A DNA stretch of 64,000 nucleotides from the NCBI RefSeq assembly GCF_004010195.1, contig NC_057719.1, positions 68,624,622 to 68,688,621 of the forward strand, in the 5' to 3' direction. Under the pieces are notes generated by a model that saw nothing but the letters and a program-made list of their open reading frames with translations, was not told the origin of the DNA and searched no databases. Below are positions 1-12,335 of this stretch, in pieces (position 1 is the stretch's first letter; each line of letters begins with the position of its first letter). This DNA is from Chiloscyllium plagiosum. Lineage: Eukaryota. The position numbers and the translations under genes were made by a program.

Positions 1-150
1 TGGGAGGAAACCGGAGCACCCGGAGGAAACCCACGCAGACACGGGGAGAATGTGCAAACTCCACACAGACAGTCGCCTAAGGCGGGAACTGAATCCAGGT
101 CTCTGGCGCTGTGAAGCAGCAGTGCTAACCATTGTGCCACCGTGCCACCC
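1..150 (-). mobile_element. tRNA-derived V-SINE (HE1-like), 5' portion
   Basis: Reverse complement reads gggtggcacggtggcacaatggttagcactgctgcttcacagcgccagagacc...gtgtggagtttgcacattctccccgtgtctgcgtgggtttcctccggg, the same family as the full copy at 35286. Confidence 0.9.
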
Positions 151-171
151 TATGTTCAGCAACACTCCCTA

Positions 172-614
172 GAGCTACAGAGAGAAGTTGAATATGCTGA
201 GCCTGTTTTCCTTGGAGCTTCGGAAGCTGAGAGATGACCTTATAGCGGTTTATAAAATCATGAGGATAGGATAAATAGACGAGGTCTTTTTCCTGGGGCA
301 GGGGAGTCCAGAACTAGAGGGCATAGGTTTAGGGTGGGAGGGGAAAGATATAAAAGGGACCTAAGGGGCAACGCTATCACACAGAGGGTTGGTGCATGTT
401 TGGAATGTGCTGCCAGAGGAAGTGGTGGAGGCTATTACAATTGCAACATTTATAAGTCCTCTGGAAGGGTATATGAATAGGAAGGGTTTGGAGGGATATG
501 GCTCAGCTGCTGGCAGGTGGGACTAGATTGGATTGGATTATCTGGTCAACATGGATGAGTTGGACCAAAGGGTCTGTTTCTGTGCTGTACATCTCTATGA
601 CTATGACTCTATGA
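172..614 (+). mobile_element. CR1-clade LINE (HER1-like) 3' end
   Basis: Decayed ORF2 C-terminus (LFSLE..LR.DL..VYKIMR; WN.LPEEVV) with a ctatga-type tandem tail. Confidence 0.9.
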
Positions 615-724
615 AAGCTAGTTTATTTCTCTCATCAGTTGCTGTAAACTGTGGTTTTTAACTAATAAGTCAGAAATAAGTGTGAACTCATCATCTGCAG
701 AATTTTTTCATTTAATTATTACTC

Positions 725-1012
725 AACTCCTACATTTTTCCTGCCAAAGTACACAACCTCACGTTTTTACACAACATATTCCATCCGCCAAGTTTTCACC
801 CACTCACATAATCTGTCCACACTCCACGTCAGACTCTTAGTACCATCTTCACTACTTATACATTCAGTTGTCTAAATCATATCATTAATATATATTGTAA
901 GTAATTGTGACCCCAGTACTAATCCCCGTGGCACTCCAAGGGTTACAGGTCACCATCCTGAAAATGCCCCCTTTATCCCAATATATCTTCTACTAGTTAG
1001 TCAATCCTCTAT
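725..1012 (-). mobile_element. Old CR1 RT fragment
   Basis: ccccagtactaatccccgtggcactcc is the reverse of GVP.GLVLG, plus a downstream HFG-type segment. Confidence 0.65.
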
Positions 1013-1950
1013 CTGGCATTATATACAAAGGAAATAGAGTAATTATCTCCAAGGAGATGAGAGAAAAGTGCTGAAGCACCTCCATACATCAAGACATTGA
1101 GATTCATCCGCAAAAGCAAGCGAGGAGAAACTTGAGCAATAGAAAAAGGACATCAGCCATTACAGAGCTTGGAACGAATACTAAAAAGCCATTTATGAAA
1201 TATGATATCCCAAACAGTCCATGGATGAATCTTGGAGTGGATCTCTAAACTCCCACACCTGAACGGATCCTCTGATTATTCTGATTATTGGGAGTTATAT
1301 GTTGATGTCTACAGGTGAGATTGTAAATTGCCTGAGAACATACTTTAGTCATTATGACGTTTCAGACATTATGGTCCTCAATTCTTGAGAATTCAGCAAC
1401 TTTATAAAGGACTGGAAAATTTTCACTCCCATTAAAATGGAAAGACTGAGGTGGCAGTGAAAAATCACCAAAGGGATCATAAAGAAATTGATGACTTGTA
1501 CAAGGCTTGAATACAGTGCACCACCTACTGAAGGCAAGAAAAGTGGTCCATTCCAACACCTACTGTCATTCTGTACATAAGGTACTCTTCCAATAACAAA
1601 TAGCCACAGAAGCCAGAAGTACGAAGAAGCATGAGTGATAAAATCTACATAAACTGACAGAAAGCCAAATTCACTTTGGTAAATTTGCCGAGACAATGCC
1701 AGAGCTACGCATTGGTGAGCCTGTTTGAGTGCAAACATTTGATGCTCTCCACAAAAAATGAGCTCAGGAAGCTGTATGTTTAGTGCAGGAAGCAGATCAG
1801 GAAAGTGGTCTTCACCACGTACACAAAGTATGGGACAACCATTGATCCAGTTCCCCAGTGACAGAAATAGATCAACAACAATGGTTACCGTGAAGACAGC
1901 CCTTACTTGCTAACAACACGCCCTGTAAAAGGAACATCACCTCTGAACAA
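1013..1950 (+). mobile_element. Decayed Ty3/Gypsy integrase
   Basis: Frameshifted translation gives GIIYKGNRVIISKEMRE..VLKHLHTS, KPFMKYDIPNSPWMNLGVDL, GPQF..EFSNFIKDWKI and NGKTEVAVK, i.e. the zinc-binding region and rve core. Confidence 0.8.
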
Positions 1951-2109
1951 GCGCATGTCAGAGCAATAGCCAACAATGATGTGCATGCATACTATTAGGA
2001 GACTTACATCATTTAAAAATGTGTGCAACGTATATGCAGACACTGATGAAAGTGGAACTGATGAGAGTTACACACTGTTTTTCAATAAGAGATCATTTTC
2101 TTTTTCTGT

Positions 2110-2210
2110 TCTGAAGTTCTGAAGAAGGGCCACTGACCTGAAACATTAACTTTGCTTTTTCTCCACAGATGCTGCCAGACCTGCTGAACTTTTCCAGCAA
2201 TTAGAGTTTT
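2110..2210 (+). mobile_element. Short PLE-derived element with degenerate hammerhead core
   Basis: ctgaagaagggcccactgacctgaaacattaac...cacagatgctgccagacctgctga; same family as 22795 and 44226. Confidence 0.75.
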
Positions 2211-2654
2211 ATCATTTTGTTTTTAACCTGGATATTGGGTAACTTGCAATATACCTGCAGATGATGGTGTGTACAAATTATTTTTCTTTATTTAATGAAA
2301 AGCACGCCATTTGGAGGAATGGAATTATACACTTCATGAACTAGTTACAATGCTGTAGTTATGTGGTATCTATTTCTGCAATAAGTGTCTTTCTATGCAG
2401 TCTATGAGAGCCATTAAACACACATCACTTGTAACACGTAGAGAACTTCAAAGCTAAATATGCCTTTTGAGGAGAAAAGCCGACAGCTGCTGAACAGGCA
2501 AATCGAGGAACCTTGATAAATATAGAGAGCAAATGAGAAGCTGGGGAGCAGGCTCGGTGTGGAAATGGCTGACAGCTACAGATTTATCTTCACATCAAGA
2601 TTTATCAAAGCCTGTCATTCAAATAAAATTTTTTGACATTAAGCAATCAAGTCT

Positions 2655-2757
2655 GTAGTATCTTTTGGTTGAGACATTAAACTAAAGCCCTGTCTACCTG
2701 CTCAGGCATAAAAGTACCTGTGGCACTACTTTAAAGAAGGACAGGGGAGTTAACCCA
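2655..2757 (+). mobile_element. DeuSINE-type (SacSINE1/AmnSINE1-like) core fragment
   Basis: cttttggttgagacattaaactaaagccctgtctac...ggcactactttaaagaaggacaggggagtt resembles the remembered Deu central domain. Confidence 0.6.
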
Positions 2758-3300
2758 TTCTGCCAGTTCCAGCAGGATGCCCCAACCAAATACACCTTCC
2801 CCCATCTGCATTCTGCACATAGCTTTTTCACTTTGACACCCTGCTCCCTCCTCTCTCTCTCTCCCAATATCTTTCACTTCCTGATTGTAGAACCCTATGC
2901 TATCACAGAAGGTGTAACATTTTCCCTTTTACCTCCTACCTCCCAACTATCCAAGGCCCCAAACACACCACTCAGATAAAGCAGTGGTTACTTTTACTTT
3001 CAGTCTTGTCTGTTGTATTTGTTGCTCAATTTGCTACATTGGTTTAGTCAAACACAGTTCGGGTGCCTGCTTAGCAGAACAATGCAACTCTGCCTTTCAA
3101 ATTGACCTTCAAGTTGCTCACAATTTCATTGTACCATCTTGCCTCATGCTAACATTTCCATCCTGTGCCTGCTGCAGTGTTCCAATGAAGCCCAATGCAA
3201 GCTGAAGGAACATCACCTCATTTTCCACTGAGGCACTTTACAATCTCCAGGACTCAACATGGAGCTTAACAATGTCAAACCATGAACACTGTCCTCTATT
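2758..3300 (+). mobile_element. Old Penelope-like element, GIY-YIG region
   Basis: Translation SLVCCICCSICYIG and later GTLQSPGLNME, homologous to the PLE copies at 16630 and 40612. Confidence 0.7.
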
Positions 3301-3455
3301 TTGAACGTCCACGCATCCACATAGGTTGCTTGCATGGGTTTGACCTCAGCACAATTGACCAATTTTCTGCTATTAAACCTAACATTCATAGCTACTTTTT
3401 TCCTATATATCTTCCCTGCTACCATTAAAACTGATTGTGCCTTTTGTTCAGGAGC

Positions 3456-4275
3456 CCTTTTTTGTTTCTATTTTTAAAATGTTTTATTTCAAAAATGTAC
3501 TTTTTCATAAAAATCTCTCTGTCACAAATCTTCCTGTCACAGCATTGTCACAAATGCAGTTCAGTTCTGTACAGCTGCAGAGCAAGTAAACAAACAAAAC
3601 ACTGAACTTCGACTCTATCCAAAAAACCAAAGACCTCTCATACATACAATACTAACATTTACATATATTTGAGACACCGTGAGGGTCCAATAACTGAGTA
3701 CATCCTGATTTACCTTCAATAGGAAGACCGCAGACAGTGGTCTTTCCCCATTGTGCCTTTACAGCAGCTGCCACAAGCTTTACTACATCCCTCAGATGTA
3801 GTCCTGGACTTTGGAATGTGTCAGTCTGCAACAGTCGGTTGAGGTCAACTCCTTATTCTGAAAGACCACCAAGTTTCGGGCAGACAAAGAGTGTCTTTCG
3901 CCGAGCTGATAGTCTTCTAGATACAGTTGATATTTGTCTTGGTGTGCGTCCTGGGGAATTGAAACATGTGGTGCTGGAAAAGCACAACAGGTCAGGCAAC
4001 AACCAAGGAGCAGGAAAATTGACATTTCAGGCATAAGCCCTACATCAGGGGAACAGACCACAGAGCCCCGCATCACAGAGCTGCTCAGGACGAACCTCGA
4101 CAGAAACCATTGCACTTTCCTCCAGATTCCTCTTTGCAAAGGCACAAACCAGCAGGAGATGTGTGATGGTCTCAACTTCCCCCCACAGCTTCTTCGAGGA
4201 CAGCGTGTGGTATTGCATACCGACTGGGCATACATGAAGGTTCCAACAGGTAGTGCCCTTCTCACCAAGACTTGC
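3456..4275 (-). mobile_element. L1/Tx1-type LINE 3' end (ORF2 C-terminal zinc finger)
   Basis: VRRALPV..FM....CNTTRCPRRSCGG...WRKVQWFLSRFV and SARNLVVFQNKELTSTDCCRLTHSKVQDY, with a T-rich (antisense poly-A) end near 3460-3490. Interrupted by a PLE-derived insert. Confidence 0.8.
3959..4050 (-). mobile_element. Short PLE-derived insert inside the Tx1 element
   Basis: Reverse complement cctgatgtagggcttatgcctgaaatgtcaattttcctgctccttgg..., with ggggaa on both sides. Confidence 0.8.
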
Positions 4276-5112
4276 TTCTCTTCCCCACTCTCACTTCCCT
4301 CCACTCTTCTTTGTAAGCATAAAACCATCTCTTTTCCAGACCCTTTCATTTCCAAAGAAGAATTATATTAGATTCAAAATGTTAATTATGTTTCTCTCTT
4401 CACAGATGCTGCCGGACTTGCTGAATTGCTCCAGCCCTATTTTTTTGTTTGAGTTTTCAGTGGCACTGGCTAAAATGTATTCTTCAGTTAATGCCACAAA
4501 AATGTAGGTTATCTGGTCATGACCACATTGATGTTTGTAAGAGTTTGCTGTTTGCTGAAAGTTTTTTGGCCATCTCATTTCCTACATGATAACAGTGACT
4601 ATACTTCAAAGGTGTTTTACTGGTTGTAAAATGCTTCGAGACATTGATGGTAATGAAAAGCTTGATATAAATGGAAGTCTTTCCTTTTATATTTCCTTGC
4701 ATTTGACCCTCAGCAACACCAAAAGGAACAGCTGCCACCGGAACTTGTATTTTCTTCCCATGTAATTAGCTGAGCCACTAACTTATTGGCTTCTCCTCAA
4801 CCGAGCATCAGTTAGCGCGTGGTATGTTCACCCATGAGGGATTCGTTGGCATTAGTGACAATGAATCACTTAGTGAGGCACAGAGCATTGATGGCGAGGA
4901 GGATAATAAAATTGTTGCAGGGGGTCCAGCTGTACCTGTCCAGACGAATAGATTGAACAGAACCAGCCAGAGCTTTATGGTCTAGAGCTTTCCAAACCTT
5001 GATGGCCACGAATCTAATTTTCCTTCATCAGCATGCATGAATACTCAGTAAGATCTCAGCCCACTGAAGTTATATTCTTCGCACAATCTTGTTCACCCAA
5101 AAATGTGCACAT

Positions 5113-5373
5113 TTTGCACATTCTCTCCATGTCTGCATGGGTTTCCTCTGAGTGCTCTGGTTTCCTTTCACCGCCCAAGTTAGATGGATTGGCCATGCTA
5201 AATCATCCATAGTGTCCAAGGATGTGTAGTTTAGGTGGTTTAGCCATGGGAAATGCAGGGTTAGAGGGATAGGGTAGCAGGGTGGGTCTGAGTGGGATGT
5301 TCTTCGGAGAGTCATTGTGGACTTGGTGGGCTGAATGACCCTCCTCCACACCGTAGGAATTCTATGATTCTCT
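5113..5373 (+). mobile_element. HE1-like SINE, 5'-truncated
   Basis: V-domain (tttgcacattctctccatgtctgcatgggtttcctctgagtgctctgg) and CR1-like tail ending ttctatgattct. Confidence 0.85.
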
Positions 5374-6289
5374 GAAGAATAGGAAGCATATCTAATCACT
5401 AATGCATATATCTGCTGGGATTGAATTCTTCCTCCAAGCTCCCGTGAGTACAAACCTTTTCAGGAATGTGGTTCTTTCATAATCTCACCATTTGTTTGTG
5501 CAAACACTGTCGTGCAAAGAGTGAAGGCTTATCAGGTCAACCAGCTCATCTGAAGTCTCAGTCACATGCAGTCTGGCTTGTGGTTCTTAAATACTTAGAG
5601 TGTAAGGAGTGAAGCCTGACTGGGTTAAAAAGTCTGCTAAAACGAGGCAGCCACACTGGCTGTTGTCATAAACCCTGACCAAGGCAGGCAAGCAGCACTC
5701 AAAATGCTGAAATAAAGGTGGGTTAGGAAAGGGAATGGAACTTTAAGGACATTGTTATTGGGAATAATGGAAGGATCCAGGAGACTAAAAAGGAGTGTAC
5801 TCAGATACAGAGGGAAGAATCACTATGATAAGGGGGGGGGGGGACAAGGAAAAGTAGGAGGTGCTTGTTTAGAGTGGGAAACTCAATGGGTTAAGTTTGT
5901 GCAATTGGAGGCAGAGAAAGAGGCAGAGAAAGAGGCAGTGAACTGAATAAGTGTAAGACTGGGCATAGGATTCTGGATGGGAGTGGGATCAGGTGATAGA
6001 ACAGGATAGGAGATATTAAAAGGACTAATGATCACAAACAGATTGAAGAAGAACAGAGTGGTCACCAGAGGGAAGGGAAAGACCATCTACAGTATTAGGG
6101 AAAGTTAGAATATAGAGCAGGAGGGCAGCAAATGTATGAGTCTGATATAAATTTACAACTAACATCTCTTTCCTAAATTGTCCTGCAAAGGAAGCCTTGC
6201 TGAGAATACGCTGTGCACATGGGAGGCCCAAGATCTATTTGTACATGTTCCTGCATCGAGCAAACCACCCAACTGAGAGTATTGAAACA

Positions 6290-6860
6290 GAAACTGAAAT
6301 ATACTATTGCACAAGCACTTAGCAAAGATGTCATTGGATGATGAGGGAGACGGTTGCCCACATATCTGCCTCCTCCTTCAGGCAGATCTGCAGCTGCATG
6401 GCCTGAGAGGCAGTGCTGTGCTTGTGGTATTGAATTTTCTACACACTATTCCTTTCCAGCTTCAACTGGGGTCACATGTGTCAAGTCCCAGTCAGCAGTC
6501 CAAAACTGTATTTGTGAGTTCACTGATACTCTTTATAGGAGAGCTGCACAGTTTACCCATTTCAAATGGACCTAGACAATCAAGCTGCCCGAACCATGGG
6601 CTTTGTGGCTATTCAGTAAATATTCAATTCTTCCACCATTTCTTTCTTGCAATTGCTATTTCTCCAGCCTCATTTGCCAGTGGTCCAATGTCCACTCTTG
6701 CCCCTCGAGATATCTAATTTGCCTGGACCACTCAGGAGGAGCACTGCTATACCAACTGGACAGGGTGTCCAGAATAGTGATGAATTATTGCATCCTGCAC
6801 AAACCCAGCCCAACAATGGAGTGAGAACTTAAAAGAGGGGGAGATGAAGCATTGCTTGTC
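6290..6860 (+). mobile_element. Decayed PIF/Harbinger (HARBI1-like) transposase
   Basis: HICLLLQADLQ..VLNF / SFPASTGVTCVKSQSAVQNCICEFTDTLYRRAAQF (HTH region) and CLDHSGGALLYQLDRVSRIVMNYCILH (C-terminal motif). Confidence 0.8.
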
Positions 6861-7274
6861 TTCTGTGGTGAGGAAGAAAATAACCTGTTGACCACTTTGC
6901 TAGCTTGCTTCAAATGACTTTGGTGGACACCCTATACGGATACAGAAGATAGAGGGCTTCATTCTGTTGGAAGTCTCATCTGCCTGAGTTGATGGAAGTA
7001 TCTGGGTCCCTAGGAGACAGAAAGTGTACTGCTTCACCCTTTTAGTGAATGAGTTACTTGGAAGTAGGCCATGGTTCCTTGGCTCTTTCTTCCATAACCA
7101 GTGATCAATGCATCTTTAGCTCAATTTATGGAGTGAAGGCCACCACCTAATGATGACTTTGAAACCACTGACAATTGGCACAAAATCCCATCTGGTTCAA
7201 TAAGTTATTTAGGGAAGGAAACTGCTGTCTTGATGTTGAATGACTGACAAGTGACTTCACATCCTTACCTTTGC

Positions 7275-7585
7275 TCATAGTGGTTCAGTGGTTAGCGCTG
7301 CTGCCTTATAGCACCAGGGTCCTAAGGTTTGATTCCAGCCTCGGGTAACTATCTGTGTGGATTTTGCACATTCTCCCCGTGTCTGCGTGGGTTTCCCCCA
7401 GGTGCTCCGGTTCCTCCCACAGTCCAAAAGATGTGCAGGTCAGGTGAATTGGTCATGTTAAATTGCCCATAGTGTTAGGTGCATTAGTTGGAGGGAAATG
7501 GGACTGGGTGGGTTACTCTTCAGTGTCGGTGTGGGCTTGTTGGGCCGAAGGGTCTGTTTGCACACTGTAAGGGATCTAATCTAAG
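7275..7585 (+). mobile_element. HE1-like SINE
   Basis: tRNA-like head (tggttcagtggttagcgctgctgcc...gattcc), V-domain, and tail gggccgaagggtctgttt...atctaatctaa. Confidence 0.9.
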
Positions 7586-7599
7586 CTGTTTTGCCCAGA

Positions 7600-9500
7600 A
7601 AAACAGCTCTGTGATATCATTTCAGAAATGCCTCAGGATCCTCAACCCTTTCAAAAAAATCTTCCCAAAGCATTTTATTTTGTTTTCTTCATGAACACTG
7701 ATGAACATTTGTGTACCTTCTTAAATCAGCTACTAGCTTACTTCTTTTCAAAAATTTTTCCATACATCTTTTCCAATCCTGATCAAATCTTTGATTGGAC
7801 AGATCTGTGTCAGCAGGTAGGTCAGGAAAGTCTATGATAAGATATAGAAATATTTGAGGGAAAGTTGGTGACTGTTCTTTTTCTCTGCTGGCTTCTGTTA
7901 AAATGCACACTGAAGCATTTTATATTGCTGTTGCTTCAGGAATGTATTGCGAAGTTGGGTTGTTTCTTCTTTTCCATCAATAGCATCTGGTTCAGGTGAT
8001 GGTGTTAATTCCCCAAGAAAAGAGTGATATTGTTTGTTCAGAGGCAATTGTTCTGTACACGACATTGGTTAGGTCACTGTTGGAATATTGCGTGCAATTC
8101 TGGTCTCTTTCCTATCGGAAAGATGTGTGAAACTTGAAAGGGTTCAGAAAAGATTTACAAGGATGTTGCCAGGGTTGGAGGATTTGAGCTACAGGGAGAG
8201 GCTGAACAGGCTGGGGCTGTTTTCCCTGGAGCGTCGGAGGCTGAGAGGTGACCTTATAGAGGTTTACAAAATTATGAGGGGCATGGATAGGATAAATAGA
8301 CAAAGTCTTTTTCCCTGGTGTCGGGGAGTCCAGAACTAGAGGGCATCAGTTTAGGGTGAGAGGGGAAAGATATAAAAGAGACCAAAGGGGCAACTTTTTC
8401 ACACAGAGGGTGGTACGTGAATGGAATGAGCTGCCAGAGGAAGTAGTGGAGGCTGGTACAATTGCAACATTTAAGAGGCATTTGGATGGGTATATGAATA
8501 GGAAGGGTTTGGAGGGATATGGGCCGGGTGCTGGCAGGTGGGACTAGATTGGGTTGGGATATCTGGTTGGCATGGACAGGTTGGACTGAAGGGTCTGTTT
8601 CCATGCTGTACATCTCTATGACTCTATGACTCCATATAGAGAGACCTTTCCTATTACAGAATTGACCAGTTCTTTAACGTTCTGTTCCACGGCATGAACA
8701 TGCATGCTGGCTTGGAAAAGATTTAGTTTAATACTTAGCAGATTCTCTGGACTGTAGCACATCTTTGAGAAGTGATCCCTTTTTCTGTAATTAATGTTGA
8801 TGTCAGGCTGGACCGTTTTCACTTTGCTGATGTGGGGTTTTGGATCCACAAGCTACTGTAATATTAGATTGCTTAGGATTTCAGATAAGATATTTGTCTC
8901 AGCTGGTCAAATATCCTGTTGTGGTTTCAGTGATCAACATTCTCTGTTGAATATTCTGCATTAAATGGAACATTTACCATATAATGTTTCTTGAACAATT
9001 TTCTAGTCACCTTATCCACTTTTATTTAACTGCTTGTTTGAGAATTAAATTATCTTTTGATTGAAAAAGTTTAATAACTGATTTATGAAAGCAAGCAACA
9101 GAATTTCAGACACAAATGAACTCCTGATGTTTCTATCAATGCATGATTAAGAGTAGATAGAGGTATTTAACGAAGATATCTATAGATACACCTGGTAGTT
9201 GATTTCTGCTCTTGAAACGTGATCTCACCAGTATCCTATTTGTTCTTGAAGTGAAAGGTTGTCATAAGCTGTTAGCAAATCATCAATTGTAAATTGTTTC
9301 TCATTGATCTGTTGCCTATGTAACACATGATCTGATGTTCTTCCTATATACTAAAGATGTCTGCCAATCAGTTCTGCATGTGATTTAGTATCCAACCTAG
9401 AGATGCTTGAAATCTTAAGACGTGAGCTTTCCAAATTTGTCAACTTACTGATCTATCAAAAGGATCTGATTTTTTTTTACAGGTGGAACGATCAGTATAC
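7600..9500 (-). mobile_element. Decayed Ty3/Gypsy gag and gag-pro linker (split by the CR1 at 8053-8631)
   Basis: Manual minus-strand translation: DPFD..*QIWKAHVLRFQAS, RTNRILVRSRFKSRNQLPGVSIDIFVKYLY, QSKDNLILKQAVK, a degenerate zinc knuckle RKRDHFSKMC, VHAVEQ, then HSFLGE. Confidence 0.75.
8053..8631 (+). mobile_element. CR1 LINE 3' end inserted into a Gypsy gag-pro region
   Basis: LERVQKRFTRMLPGLEDLSYRERLNRLGLFSLERRRLRGDLIEVYKIMRG; tail ctctatgactctatgact. Confidence 0.95.
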
Positions 9501-10496
9501 ATGGATTTTCTTGCACTGGTTGATTGTTGTTAGGCACTTAAAGCCGTTGATTGTTTTCTTGATCTGGTTTGTCATTATTAGGATTTTGATCCTCTTGTAT
9601 TTCATTCATTTTGTTGTCTTGTGTTCTTATTTGATTAAAGTTGTTGAATTTTTGTTGTTTTAAAGATTGTTTTGAAATACTAAAACTGCAACTTGTTAAG
9701 TTCTGCTGTTTTCAATAAGATTGATTTTTCTTTACTAACTTGGTATTGTCATACACACAAATGAAGATATTCCTTTTTCATGATGGCTGAATTATTTCTT
9801 TAGAAAAAAACTGAGTTACAAGCTTTCTCAAAATGGTGCCAGCCAATAAGATTTAATGATTTAATTTGACCATATCAAAGCTGACTTCCCCGATGTTTAT
9901 CGTACCAACTGTTTCTGCTTCTGTGGTACTTTTGTTCTGAATTTGACACCATGTGATTGGATTGATGCTCTTTGTCTTTATCTCTGATTTTTTTTTTTAA
10001 ATGACAAAACTTCTTAGTTGCTCATTAAAACTTGTGCTTCTTGTTGAAACTTTTAAAATAATAAATATTTAACAAACTTTACTGTTTGGGATCTGAAACT
10101 TTAAATGCCAATGAACAATTTTTAGTTTTGATTTTTTTCAGTGGATTCACTTTGTTTATATCTGAAGAATTTTCTTAACTTGCTTGTTGACTTCGTCATT
10201 GAACAAATCATTTAGAAATTATTAATCACTATTAGAAGTCTGAATTGCCTTTTCTTTTAATAAACTTTATTTTATTTCCTCTAAGGGAGTGAATTTGTGT
10301 TGTGTCTCCAATAATTGGTATTTTCAGGGCTGCTTAATCTAGATTTATCCTCTTGGCTGTTGGTGGGCTTTTAAAGCTCTCAGTGCTATTTTGTCTCCCT
10401 ATTATTAGCCATAAAAAGCTTTTATTCAGGCCCACAGTTGTTTTTCAGCAAGATCTGATTAAGAGACATCATTCCTTCACATCAGTTTTAAAAAAA

Positions 10497-10810
10497 ATAG
10501 AATCCCAATAGTGTTGAAACAGACCATTCAGCCAAATAAGTCTACACCAACTGTCTGAAGAACATCCCACCCAGACTCACCCCTCTACCCTATAACCCTG
10601 CTTTTCCCATGGCTAATCCACCTAAACGACACATCTCTGGACACGTTCACATGGTTAGTCCACCTAATCTGCACCTCTTTAGACTGAGGGAAGAAACCAA
10701 AATACTCAGCAGAAACCCACACAGACACAGGGATAATTTTGCCCAAGGTTGGGATTAAACCCACATTCCCTGGTACAACGAAGCAGTGGTGCTAACCACT
10801 GAGCCAGCAC
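10497..10810 (-). mobile_element. HE1-like SINE (diverged)
   Basis: Reverse of head (gctaaccactgagcc), V-domain (gaaacccacacagacacaggg) and tail. Confidence 0.8.
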
Positions 10811-10979
10811 ATTCAGCTCTGTGGATTTTCTGACAGCGAGCTTGTCTTAAAGTCGTACAAACCTTTTTTTTTTCAATAAAAGGTTTTCAAAAAAAAAAGT
10901 TTTCTTTTGGGTTCCTCCTGATTCTAAACAATTTCAGGTCTGTTTCTTGATCTTCCCTACTGCCACAATTGTCTGACCA

Positions 10980-11900
10980 GGGTATTCCAGTTTATACTCA
11001 TATTACAAATTAAATAGTACAAAACATGGTATTCAAAGATATACCAGGTTATAATCTTACTGCCACATTATTGAAAGACTGTTGTATAAACTCTTACCAC
11101 TTGACTGCACATGACTAAATTCCCGGCCTCTACCCAGTATTCTGCGTGTTTCTCTCATTTCCTTGACTTAGAAAGCACATGGAGCATACTCATTTACTTT
11201 GTACAATATGATAGTGATTAGATGGCAGCTTTCATACTAAGGAGTATTAAATCAAGAATTTTTCCTCTGTATTAGTTTTATTTGAGACTTTTAAAACTCT
11301 GATATAACTTCTGAACATAAAGTGGACAGAGAACCATGTTGAAGAATGCAGTCCCTTATTGCAATTTTCTATATTTGTCTAGAAGCTGTCATGAATTTGT
11401 ACTTGTTCTTTGGATTTTCATGTTTTTGGAAGTTCAGGCTGCTGAGTTTCTGGTCTCAGTCTTGTTTATCTTCATCCACCTCTGCAGGGTGAAGACCCAT
11501 TCTATGGCAAAATTGTGAAGGACACAGCACATGACAACATTTAAGAGTATAATAATGGATTGCTCCTTTCAGGATTCTAAGTGGTCCAAAAATCATATTG
11601 AAGTCTGCATGATGCAGATTTATCCTCATAACTCTTTGCCTCACTGTGTGCAATTTTCCAGATGTTCTCAGGTTTTGCAGTTGGATCATGATTGTTAGAA
11701 TAAATAACTTTTGAGTCTGAATATCATCCTGAACCTTGACCTCAGCTGGTACGTAGCTTAGGATACCTGACTGCCTTAAAACTAAAGATGAATAGCAGTT
11801 AAATGGGCCACAGGCATTCACATGCACGGTTGTGTTTGCAATCATATAACACTGCATGTTCACTGTTTCTGCACGGGAAATCTATATGATCATTTGAGTA
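10980..11900 (-). mobile_element. Highly decayed Gypsy pol (protease/RT) remnant
   Basis: Weak motifs only: VPAEVKVQDDIQTQKLFIL, IFGPLRILKG, EVDEDKQD, KYRKLQ*G. Confidence 0.4.
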
Positions 11901-12134
11901 TCATGATAGTTTCTCAAACCTGAGAATCTAAACAGTTTTTGCATGACAATCACGTGAACAGGGTAGTACTGTCAAATATAGCTTTTGAAACCATATTTAT
12001 TAATTTGTCACATTTTCTTGTGCATTCTGGGAGGATCTATACAGGAAAATTGACTGGGATTGTCATTTTAACCACATCACTGAGTGCTACACTGGTATTG
12101 GCTGGAGGCTCTACACGTTATGTGGACAGTTTAA

Positions 12135-12335
12135 ATAAGTAAAAATAAGGACTGCAGATGCTGGAAACCAGAGTTTAGACCAGAGTCGTGCTGGAAAAGC
12201 ACAGCAGGTCAGGCAGCATCCGAGGAGCAGGAAAATCTATTCCTGATGAAGGGCTTTTGCCCGAAACATCGATTTTCCTGCTCCTTGGATGCTGCCTGAC
12301 CTGCTGTGCTTTTCCAGCACCACTTTAATCTAGAT
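12135..12335 (+). mobile_element. Fold-back non-autonomous PLE-derived element with hammerhead core
   Basis: Inverted arms (gtgctggaaaagcacagcaggtcaggcagcatcc / ggatgctgcctgacctgctgtgcttttccagcac) around CTGATGA-agggcttttgccc-GAAA. Perfect 14-bp TSD tgtggacagtttaa at 12121-12134 and 12336-12349. Confidence 0.9.

Noticed and set aside
9403..9663. Hydrophobic 86-aa plus-strand ORF resembling a membrane protein
   Set aside because: It is the T-rich antisense shadow of the A-rich minus-strand gag-associated frame.
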